A DNA stretch of 64,000 bases, from positions 128,001 to 192,000 of the forward strand of contig JANRKS010000031.1 of NCBI GenBank assembly GCA_033763315.1, given 5' to 3'. The stretch comes from Deltaproteobacteria bacterium. GTDB taxonomy: Bacteria > Myxococcota_A > Polyangia > Fen-1088. Made by a program: the position numbers and the translations under genes. The notes beneath the pieces are model-generated. The model made no database searches and was not told the DNA's origin. It was given only the letters and a program-made list of their open reading frames with translations. Positions 49,309-57,521 of this stretch are shown here, one piece after another (position 1 is the stretch's first letter; every line of letters starts with the position of its first letter).

Positions 49309-51264
49309 ATGTCGAACAGCGTTTTGGTCGTTAACGCGGACGGCCCCGAAATCCGCGTAGCCCTTATTGAAGATGGTTTGCTTGGCGAATTGTTCGTCGA
49401 GCGCAAACGCGATCGTGGGATCGCGGGAAACATCTATAAAGGGAAGGTTGAGCGGATCCTGCCAGGCATGCAGGCCGCCTTTGTTAACATCGGCTTGGAG
49501 AAGTCGGCTTACCTGCACGTCTCGGACGTGCGCGGCACGCCAGACGATCTGCGCCGCCTGCTTTCCGGGGACAGCGGTCCCCGGGACAGCGCCGAAGCCA
49601 ACGGCGATGACGCGGGCGACGAGCCTAACGAAAAAGGCGGCGGCGATCGTCGCGGTGGCGTGCCGGGCAACGGGCAAGGCCGACGCATCGAAGAGCTGCT
49701 CAAGCCTGGCCAAGAGATCATCGTTCAGGTGACGAAGGAGCCCATCAGCACCAAGGGGGCCCGTGTCACGCGGTACATCTCGCTGCCTGGGCGTCACCTC
49801 GTCTTCATGCCCACTGTCGACCACGTGGGTATCTCGCGCCGGATCAATTCGGATCGAGAACGTCGGCGCCTGCGGCGTTTGGTCAACGAGATGCGTCCGC
49901 AGGGGTCGGGCTTCATCGTGCGCACCGTGGCTTCGGGCGTTGCAGATAAGGATCTGCGCGCCGACATGGCCTTCCTCATCAAGATGTGGAATGAGGTCGT
50001 CAAGAAGACCGAGACCAGCCGTTGCCCGTCATTGATATATAGCGACTTGGATCTGCTGCTGCGCTCGGTGCGTGACTTATTCACGGCTGACGTTGAGAAG
50101 ATGATCATCGACTCCAAGAGCGAGTATGAACGCGTGAAGAAATTCATCGCGGCTTTCATGCCCGACTTCCCTGGGGAGATTGAGTTTTACAACAGCAACG
50201 AGCCCATCTTCGACGGCTTGGGCATCGAGATGGAGATCGACAAGGCGCTTGAGCGCAAGGTCTGGTTGAAATCCGGTGGCTACCTCATCATCGACGAGAT
50301 GGAGGCTTTGACCGCCGTCGACGTCAATACGGGTCGCTTCGTGGGCAAAAAAAGCCTGGAAGATACGATCACGCAAACAAACCTGGAGGCCGCCCGCGAG
50401 GTGGCGGATCAGCTCCGTGTACGTTCCTTGGGCGGCATGATTGTTGTCGATTTTATCGACATGGATCGCGCGTCCAACCGCGAAAAAGTGATGCGGGTGT
50501 TCAACGACGCCCTCAAGCGTGACCGCAACCGCGCGCAAGTCACCCGCATTTCCGAACTTGGTTTGGTGGAGATGTCCCGCAAGCGTACGCGCGAATCCCT
50601 GCTGCACACCCTTACGGAGCAGTGTTTGCACTGCGAAGGCAAAGGCTTCACGCGGTCGCGCCAAACGGTTTCGTTCGAGGTGCTGCGCGAGCTGCGCCGC
50701 CAAGGCAACTTGGTTGATGGGCACACCATCTTGGTGGAAGTGCACCCCGACGTGGCCAAGCAACTGACCACCGTGGATCGCGATTTCCTGGAAGACATCG
50801 AGAAGCGCTTACAAAAGCAGATCTTGGTGAAGACCCGTGGCTCGTTCCACATGGAAGAGTTTGAGATTCGCTCGCCCAAGGACAAGCAGAAGATCGAGCG
50901 CTCTGAGGTCGCTACCAGCTCCGACAAATTGGAAGAGCGTAAACGTCGTCGGTTCCGCCGCGTTCTATCGCCTGATGAGCTTGCAAACCTCGACAACGAC
51001 GAAGGCGTTGTGAATGCCGAATTCATGACGGACGACGCCGACGACGAAGCGAAGCCCTCCTACGATCACGCGGGCCGCGAGGTGCAGCACGAACTCGACG
51101 AGATGGATCTCGCTTACGCCGCGGCTTCGCAAGAGGATGACGAAGCCACAGGTACGTCCGATGAGCCGGGGACGACCACGGATCCTGACGCTGAGCTGCC
51201 ACACGCACACAGCGCCGCCTTGATCTCACAGGTTGATTCCGAAGTCCCCGACACGGATGACTGA
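49309..51264 (+). CDS. rne: Ribonuclease E/G family
   Basis: GNIYKGKV...PGMQAAFV, QVTKEPISTKGAR, DVNTG, TNLEAA, GGMIVVDFIDM, CLHCEG Zn link; Arg-rich patch and acidic tail. Confidence 0.95.
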   Translation: MSNSVLVVNADGPEIRVALIEDGLLGELFVERKRDRGIAGNIYKGKVERILPGMQAAFVNIGLEKSAYLHVSDVRGTPDDLRRLLSGDSGPRDSAEANGDDAGDEPNEKGGGDRRGGVPGNGQGRRIEELLKPGQEIIVQVTKEPISTKGARVTRYISLPGRHLVFMPTVDHVGISRRINSDRERRRLRRLVNEMRPQGSGFIVRTVASGVADKDLRADMAFLIKMWNEVVKKTETSRCPSLIYSDLDLLLRSVRDLFTADVEKMIIDSKSEYERVKKFIAAFMPDFPGEIEFYNSNEPIFDGLGIEMEIDKALERKVWLKSGGYLIIDEMEALTAVDVNTGRFVGKKSLEDTITQTNLEAAREVADQLRVRSLGGMIVVDFIDMDRASNREKVMRVFNDALKRDRNRAQVTRISELGLVEMSRKRTRESLLHTLTEQCLHCEGKGFTRSRQTVSFEVLRELRRQGNLVDGHTILVEVHPDVAKQLTTVDRDFLEDIEKRLQKQILVKTRGSFHMEEFEIRSPKDKQKIERSEVATSSDKLEERKRRRFRRVLSPDELANLDNDEGVVNAEFMTDDADDEAKPSYDHAGREVQHELDEMDLAYAAASQEDDEATGTSDEPGTTTDPDAELPHAHSAALISQVDSEVPDTDD

Positions 51265-51274
51265 GACGGCTGCC

Positions 51275-52525
51275 TCAACCCGCCTGCCGATGGTGTAGGC
51301 GGGGCTCGGGCTCGATCGTTTCTCGAGCGCGTAGCAACGACCTTAGCTTTTGTACCGGTTTCTCCACCGCAATGTAGAGCAACGCCGCAAACGCGATGGT
51401 GATGAGCAAGAAGATGGACGAGCCAAGGAAGAAGCTGGTCACGGATGGAGCTCGAGGAACCGCAAAGAAGATCACCTTCCCAACATCAATGGCAGGAAAG
51501 TGTACGAGGTACATTGAGTAGGAAATCCTTCCGACCCATACCATTGGCTTCGCTTCCAACGCTTTAACGAGTGGCGAATGGCCATTGTTCGCCACTTCGA
51601 TCACCAACGTTGTGAAGCCCAACGCCAGCGCAGACAGGCCAAGGGAATCACCCAGGGCTGTTCCGGGTGGCAACACTGACAAATGACCTGTGATGGAGAG
51701 GATTACCACTGTCGTGAGCGCAGCCGCTCCCAACCACCGCACGATGGCCATGTGTCGTGAGAGCCAGCCAAATGCCAGGGCGGCAACGGCACCCCACAAG
51801 ATGGAGTCGAGGCGATAATGAGAGACGGCATGGACAGTCGTTGTGACCTCCCAATGCCGATGAAGCACAATGAAACGCAGCAGCGGCAGCAACAAACACA
51901 CCGCTAGGCCCAAGACCAGGCGGCTCCTTTGGCGCTTGATGAAGAAGAGCGCGAGAGGCCACAAGAGGTAGAAGTGCTCCTCGACGCACAGCGACCAGAA
52001 CACCAGATACGCGTCCCCCGGATTATAGACGCGCGTGGAAAAAGACCCTTGAAGATAGGCGGCAAAGTAGTTGCCCCAGAACGTGCCATAAGGGATGACC
52101 CCCAAGGCAGACTTACGTTGCCATAGGTGCTCGGCGCGAATGCTCGTGAACACTTCAAAGCGCGACCCTACGTAAGTGATGAGGAAAAAGGCCGCAAAGA
52201 AAACGGGAAGGATACGCAGCGAGCGTCGTTCATAAAATCTAACGAGGGAAAACGTCGGGCGCTGGCCGCTTTGAACGTGCCTAACTTCCTCCCTCAGCAA
52301 AAGCGTTGTGATCAAAAAGCCCGATAGCGCAAAGAAAAGATCCACGCCGGCCCACGAGGAAGCGATCAACCATCGAAGTGGCCCGAAGGCCTCAAGCGGG
52401 AAGCGTGTAACAACGGCTCCATGCCATACGACGACGGCTATGATCGCCAGCGCCCGGAGGCCATCCAGCCCCGGAATTCGTCCGTCCGAGGTCGTGGCTG
52501 CACCTGTGGTTGGGCTAGCGTTCAC
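51275..52525 (-). CDS. Acyltransferase family 3 (OafA-like) membrane protein
   Basis: LDGLRALA, GVDLFFALSGFLIT, RRSLRILP, WSLCVEEHFY, GRISYSMYLVH. Confidence 0.92.
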   Translation of the reverse strand: MNASPTTGAATTSDGRIPGLDGLRALAIIAVVVWHGAVVTRFPLEAFGPLRWLIASSWAGVDLFFALSGFLITTLLLREEVRHVQSGQRPTFSLVRFYERRSLRILPVFFAAFFLITYVGSRFEVFTSIRAEHLWQRKSALGVIPYGTFWGNYFAAYLQGSFSTRVYNPGDAYLVFWSLCVEEHFYLLWPLALFFIKRQRSRLVLGLAVCLLLPLLRFIVLHRHWEVTTTVHAVSHYRLDSILWGAVAALAFGWLSRHMAIVRWLGAAALTTVVILSITGHLSVLPPGTALGDSLGLSALALGFTTLVIEVANNGHSPLVKALEAKPMVWVGRISYSMYLVHFPAIDVGKVIFFAVPRAPSVTSFFLGSSIFLLITIAFAALLYIAVEKPVQKLRSLLRARETIEPEPRLHHRQAG

Positions 52526-52630
52526 CGACGTGATGATACATTCATCGGTACGCCGTGCCAATTTCGTGTGGTGCGGATGCCCGAAACCTTACGTGGGGGA
52601 GGGCATCAAACCTGTTAAGAGGTGAAGCGG

Positions 52631-52915
52631 ATGCTTGCCGATGTGCAGATGTATAAGACGAGCTATTGCCCCTACTGCGTGCGCGCGGCGGCGCTTTTGA
52701 AGCGCAAGGGTGTGGCTTACAAAGAGATTGATGTGTCCAACGATGATTCCACGCGAGCCTGGCTTGTCGAAGCCACTGGTCAACGGACGGTGCCGCAAAT
52801 CTTCATCAATGGCCGCTCCGTGGGCGGGTGCGACGAGCTTCACGCGCTTGAGCGAGCGGGCCGCCTGGACGCTTTATTGGCTGAGCCACCTGCCGCGGTT
52901 GAGGTTGCAAGATGA
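52631..52915 (+). CDS. grxC: Glutaredoxin 3
   Basis: CPYC, RTVPQIFI, GGCDEL. Confidence 0.93.
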   Translation: MLADVQMYKTSYCPYCVRAAALLKRKGVAYKEIDVSNDDSTRAWLVEATGQRTVPQIFINGRSVGGCDELHALERAGRLDALLAEPPAAVEVAR

Positions 52916-53943
52916 GTCGATCGCCTATTCGCCGTGTTAAGCCGTTGGGGTTCCCGTGGGAGACGCCCGATCCGTTCTTGTTCTGTGTGCATCACGACGA
53001 TCGTTATCCTGCGGGCAACGAATTGATGGGTCCTGCGGTGTCATTGGCAGGGCGCAACTTGGGCCAGGATTTCGAGGTCAAAGACGGCTTTCGCATGTAC
53101 CACGGTCGCGTGGTGCCTGGGTTCCCTCAACATCCACACAGAGGCTTTGAGACTGTCACCGTCGTTCGGCGGGGATTGATCGATCACTCGGATTCGATGG
53201 GGGCGGCGGCTCGTTATGGTGGCGGCGATGTGCAATGGCTAACGGCAGGGCAGGGCATCCAACACGCTGAGATGTTCCCCTTGCTCGATCGTGAGCGCGG
53301 CAATCACCTTGAGCTGTTCCAGATTTGGTTGAACCTGCCTAAGGCCGACAAAATGGCCGATCCTCACTTCACGATGTTCTGGAACCACGAGGTGCCGCGC
53401 GCGGTGCCAACACACAGCGAAGGCGTTGAAGTGACCCTTGTGGCGGGCAAGTTGGAGAATCATGGGCCGCCCGCGCCGCCTCCCAAATCATGGGCCTCCC
53501 GCCCTGATGCTGATGTTGCGATTTGGATCGTGCGTTTGGCGCCCGGTGCGAAGTGGACCATGCCCGCCGCCGCGACGGGGTCGAACCGCATCCTTTACTT
53601 CTTCGCGGGCCACGGATTGCGTGTCGCTGGCCAGGTGATTCCCGATCAGCATCTCGTTGATGTTCATGCCGACGCGGCGTTGGCGTTGGAGGCAGGGCCA
53701 TCTGTTACCGAGCTGCTCGTTTTGCAAGGACGGCCGATCGCTGAGCCCGTGGCGCAATACGGTCCTTTTGTTATGAACACGCGCGCGGAGATCCAACAGG
53801 CATTCGCCGATTACCAACGGACGCAGTTTGGTGGCTGGCCGTGGCCGAGCGAAGCGCCTGTGCACGGCAGGGAAGAAGGCCGGTTCGCTCGCCATGCAAA
53901 TGGCCGCATCGAACGCCCTGCGCTTAAAACGAAGCGCGGTTGA
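52912..53943 (+). CDS. Pirin-family protein
   Basis: DPFL, HPHRGFETVT, GIQHAE, QIWLNLP, YGPFVMNT; ATGA overlap with grxC. Confidence 0.93.
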   Translation: MSRSPIRRVKPLGFPWETPDPFLFCVHHDDRYPAGNELMGPAVSLAGRNLGQDFEVKDGFRMYHGRVVPGFPQHPHRGFETVTVVRRGLIDHSDSMGAAARYGGGDVQWLTAGQGIQHAEMFPLLDRERGNHLELFQIWLNLPKADKMADPHFTMFWNHEVPRAVPTHSEGVEVTLVAGKLENHGPPAPPPKSWASRPDADVAIWIVRLAPGAKWTMPAAATGSNRILYFFAGHGLRVAGQVIPDQHLVDVHADAALALEAGPSVTELLVLQGRPIAEPVAQYGPFVMNTRAEIQQAFADYQRTQFGGWPWPSEAPVHGREEGRFARHANGRIERPALKTKRG

Positions 53944-54027
53944 CCAACGCCCCCCGCTCGGCATCCCGCGACGGTTGTGCTTCTTTATCGAGGCCGTTGT
54001 GTTTACACTCTGGTGGTTCGTCGTCTC

Positions 54028-54366
54028 ATGACCGAGGGGCCCAACGTGCGGGAACGTCGAGTTGACATCAATGTTGAGTTCGATTCGCTCAGCAAATTGC
54101 TGTCGGAGTATTTGACCAATCTGTCCCGCACAGGGGCATTCATTCAAACGCGTGAGCCATGGCCTGTGGGTACGAGGCTGCGTTTACGGTTTACCGTGTT
54201 GGCCGATGACCCCGAAATCTTAGAAGGTTCGGCGGAAGTGGTGCGTGTGTCGGAGACGCCGCCCGGCATGGGTGTGGCGTTCCTTGAGCTAACCGAATCT
54301 TCCAAGGCTTTAATTGATAAGATTCTGAAGCGCCGGCCGGCGAAACGAAACCGCACGCAACCTTGA
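54028..54366 (+). CDS. PilZ-domain protein (myxobacterial TIGR02266-like)
   Basis: RERR, NLSRTGAFI, GMGVAF. Confidence 0.85.
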   Translation: MTEGPNVRERRVDINVEFDSLSKLLSEYLTNLSRTGAFIQTREPWPVGTRLRLRFTVLADDPEILEGSAEVVRVSETPPGMGVAFLELTESSKALIDKILKRRPAKRNRTQP

Positions 54367-54387
54367 TCGCTCCCCAGCGAACGCACG

Positions 54388-55053
54388 TCAGGGGCCGAGG
54401 CCAATCCACTCCGAGCCGTCGACGCCGATCTCCTTCTTCCAAATCGGCGCCCGCTCCTTCAGCCGATCGATGCAGGCCCGGCAGGCGGCGAACGCTTCCG
54501 CTCGATGAGGTGCCGACACGGCGATGATCACGGCCAGATCTCCCACGTTCAGGTGGCCTCGGCGGTGGTGCATCGCCACGCGCGTGCCCGGCCATTGCGC
54601 CTCCACTTCGTCAGCCAGCGCAGAGAGCACCTGCAGCGCCATGGGCACGAACGCCTCGTATTCAAGCCGCACCACTTGGGCTTGCTGCCCGTGATCGCGC
54701 ACAACGCCCGTGAACGTCACGAGGCCTCCTTGCGAGGGCGCCATCACTTGTGACACCACGGCGTCGAGCGAAAGCGGGGTGTCGAGCATCGCGACGCGGG
54801 CCAGGCCGGACCCGCCAGCCACGGGGGGCAACAATGCCACTTCGTCCCCATCATGAAGGGGCGTGCTGTGGGGTACAACCGACCGATTTACCGCCACGCT
54901 CAGCTTTGGCAGCAGGGGTGCCAACACAAAATGCAAGTCTGAAAGGCGCCTCAGCAGGGTCGAAACAGTGGCGTCTGCGGGTAGGGAAATGTGCTCTTCG
55001 TCGAGGCCGAGACGCTCACGAACCACAGCAAAATAGAGTAGTTGCACCTTCAC
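54388..55053 (-). CDS. Fused molybdopterin synthase MoaD-MoaE (MoaX-like)
   Basis: MoaD part VQLLYFA...DGDEVALLPPVAGG fused in frame to MoaE part FTGVVR, LEYEA, HRRGHL, PHR, PIWKKE. Confidence 0.92.
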   Translation of the reverse strand: MKVQLLYFAVVRERLGLDEEHISLPADATVSTLLRRLSDLHFVLAPLLPKLSVAVNRSVVPHSTPLHDGDEVALLPPVAGGSGLARVAMLDTPLSLDAVVSQVMAPSQGGLVTFTGVVRDHGQQAQVVRLEYEAFVPMALQVLSALADEVEAQWPGTRVAMHHRRGHLNVGDLAVIIAVSAPHRAEAFAACRACIDRLKERAPIWKKEIGVDGSEWIGLGP

Positions 55054-55300
55054 GAGCTGTTTTCTAGCAGAGCGCTGGGGAGCGTGGATTTTTGTCAAAA
55101 AGGATATCCACAGGAAAAAACTAGTAATCCCAGTGTGATAGAAATTTTGCGTTGGCTAAACACTGTCACTAGTATCCATTTTCGTCGCTGCGTCACCTAC
55201 ATAGCGCACACAAAACTACAGCAGACGAAATGTGAGGCACCATTTGAGCCCCAACACCCATCGCCCTGACGACCCGGCTTCCATAAGGGATACTAGTCTG

Positions 55301-56143
55301 GTGAGCCAACGCGTAAGCCCCTCCGCCGCGGGCCCGGGTGGCCGCCGGCGGGCGGTTGCCAGCCACGCCTCTGCGGCCGCGGACGACGCCAGCCGGTTGC
55401 GTCGCCCCGCACAGCGCGCCCCTGCACGGCAAGTGCGTGTGGCGGCGGAAGCTCCGCGCGTGCCCGAGGAGGTCAAGCTTGAGCAGCAGGTGGCCAGCCA
55501 CATGCCGCCTGGCAAAGATCTCGAGCTTAAGCTCACGGACAACCGCTATACGATGATCACGGTTCGTCGCCAAGCCGATGGCTACGGCGTGCGCGTCCAT
55601 CGCATGTTTGCGGCGTCCGATAGCCGCACCGTGCGGCACTTGGCCCGGTACATCGTTCACAACGATCCTCGCGCTTCGGCCGCCTTGGGCGATTTTATTC
55701 GCGACAACGACGACATCATCAAAGATCAACCCCGGCAACGCCGCCCTTTGCGGGTGCGTACGCAAGGGAAGATCCACAATCTGCAAAGCATCTTCGACAC
55801 GCTCAATCGCAACCATTTTGCGGGCGCCATCAAAGCCAGGATTACGTGGGGCTCGGCACCGAAGCGGCTGGGTCGACGCCGCTCCATCAAGATGGGCAGC
55901 TATTCTGTTGAAGACCGCGTGATCCGCATCCACCCAGCGCTTGATCGCGCCGATGTGCCCGAATACTTCGTGGCTTGGATCGTGTTTCACGAGATGCTGC
56001 ACGATAAGCACGGCGCCGTTGAGAAAGACGGCCGCCGCTGTTACCACACGAAGGCGTTCATGGACGAAGAGCGATCCTTTGTGGATTACGAACGCGCCGC
56101 CGCCTGGGAGAAAGCGCACATTCAGAGCTTGCTCGTCGGCTGA
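55301..56143 (+). CDS. SprT/YgjP-like zincin metalloprotease
   Basis: LNRNHF, MGSY, IRIHPALD, FHEMLH, HTKAF; start uncertain. Confidence 0.78.
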   Translation: MSQRVSPSAAGPGGRRRAVASHASAAADDASRLRRPAQRAPARQVRVAAEAPRVPEEVKLEQQVASHMPPGKDLELKLTDNRYTMITVRRQADGYGVRVHRMFAASDSRTVRHLARYIVHNDPRASAALGDFIRDNDDIIKDQPRQRRPLRVRTQGKIHNLQSIFDTLNRNHFAGAIKARITWGSAPKRLGRRRSIKMGSYSVEDRVIRIHPALDRADVPEYFVAWIVFHEMLHDKHGAVEKDGRRCYHTKAFMDEERSFVDYERAAAWEKAHIQSLLVG

Positions 56144-56285
56144 GGTCCTTGTGGGGGCGTTGCCAAATTGGCAGGCGTCCGCAAAACGCCGGGTCCAAAT
56201 GGCAGCCTACCGCACCGTTGTTGGCCAGCGCCCTTGTGATTTCAACGCGTTATACGAATTCGACGCTTGGAACACGGGATGCTAG

Positions 56286-56807
56286 GTGCAGGGCGTGATG
56301 GGTCGCCTATTCCACCGCCTGTTGATCTGTTCTTTGCCAGTCGCGGCTTTGTGCCTTGCTGCCACATTTGGCTCCGTGGGGTGTGCCCACGAGTCGAACT
56401 TGCCTGGCACCACCGTGCCCGATACGCCTGCCAACCGCGCCATCTTGGAGACGGTTGAGACTTACCGCACGCGCTTGGTTGAGCGGAATGTCTCGGGCCT
56501 TTTGCTGCTGGCATCAAAGAACTATTTCGAGGATTCCGGCACGCCTCAGGCCGACGACGATTATGGCTATGAAGGTTTGCGACACATTCTGGCCCACCGC
56601 TTGGGGCGCCTGAAAAGCCTCCGCTATCAGATCCGGTACAAGGCTGTGAAGGTTCAGGGCAAGAAGGCGCACGTCGAGGTCTTAATCGATGGGTCCTTCG
56701 AGTTGACGGCTGAAGTGGGCGATCAGTACCGCCGCGTGAGCGACTTTCACGAGTTCGTGATGGAAGAGGCGGGCGACGGCAAGTGGAAGTTCGTCAGCGG
56801 TATGTAG
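56286..56807 (+). CDS. Lipoprotein, probable NTF2-like fold
   Basis: SVGC lipobox; helix followed by beta strands ending WKFVSGM. Confidence 0.75.
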   Translation: MQGVMGRLFHRLLICSLPVAALCLAATFGSVGCAHESNLPGTTVPDTPANRAILETVETYRTRLVERNVSGLLLLASKNYFEDSGTPQADDDYGYEGLRHILAHRLGRLKSLRYQIRYKAVKVQGKKAHVEVLIDGSFELTAEVGDQYRRVSDFHEFVMEEAGDGKWKFVSGM

Positions 56808-56835
56808 CCCCCGGTTGTGCGCTAAAGTGCAGCGC

Positions 56836-57465
56836 ATGAAGGGCGCACGGCTCGCTTTCGTGTTGGTATTTGCGGCGTTTTTAGGCAGCGTCGGGTGTGC
56901 AGGGCAAAAGCAGGTCCTGACGCCGCAATACACGCTGCGGGTGCCGGGCTTCTGGGACGTCAAAGCCACCGCCGTGAAGTATGGCGAGCCCACCAAGGTG
57001 GTGATAGGCCAGTACGGCGACGCCGTGATCAACGACGGCAGCGGCGCGGGCAGTGCCTACGACAGCGTGACCGCCGACGTGCACGTATGGATTTATGTGT
57101 GGCCCACGCAAGCCTCGCCGCAAGAGCCATTGGAGGAGATCCTTGTGCGCCTATCACAGGTGCCCGAGTTCGCGCTTCCGGCGCATCGCCGGGTCCCCGA
57201 GCAACCGATGGAATGCGGCCTTTTTCCAAAGGCCGCGCGGCTCGGCGGAAAAACGCTTCCGGCGTTGGATCTTGTGAAACGCCCGGGGTGGCGAACGATC
57301 GTGTTGGGGGGCGTGTTCGATGTTGGTCTGGTGGGGGTGTTGGCTCGCGTGGATTTCGAGCAGGACGCCGGGCGGTATTGCCACAACGTGCGCAACATGC
57401 GCACCCAGCTGCAGAACCTGTTGGATGGCTTGCAGCTTGGGCCGGACAAGCCGGCGCCGCCTTAG
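56836..57465 (+). CDS. Hypothetical lipoprotein
   Basis: MKGARLAFVLVFAAFLGSVGC lipobox; typical codon usage. Confidence 0.72.
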   Translation: MKGARLAFVLVFAAFLGSVGCAGQKQVLTPQYTLRVPGFWDVKATAVKYGEPTKVVIGQYGDAVINDGSGAGSAYDSVTADVHVWIYVWPTQASPQEPLEEILVRLSQVPEFALPAHRRVPEQPMECGLFPKAARLGGKTLPALDLVKRPGWRTIVLGGVFDVGLVGVLARVDFEQDAGRYCHNVRNMRTQLQNLLDGLQLGPDKPAPP

Positions 57466-57521
57466 TTGCCTTCACGTTCCAATCTTTTCAAGCGGGGGCG
57501 TTTCGCGGTAGGAATCTCTTC

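Noticed and set aside
55085-55115. Replication origin suggested by a DnaA-box-like sequence in AT-rich DNA
   Set aside because: Only one near-consensus box, a short region, and no dnaA/dnaN/gidA context.
56895-57521. N-terminal extension of the 568-aa ORF overlapping the lipoprotein gene (possible frameshift or dual coding)
   Set aside because: The extension is low-complexity shadow sequence; a clean signal peptide starts at ATG 57522 and I saw no slippery site.
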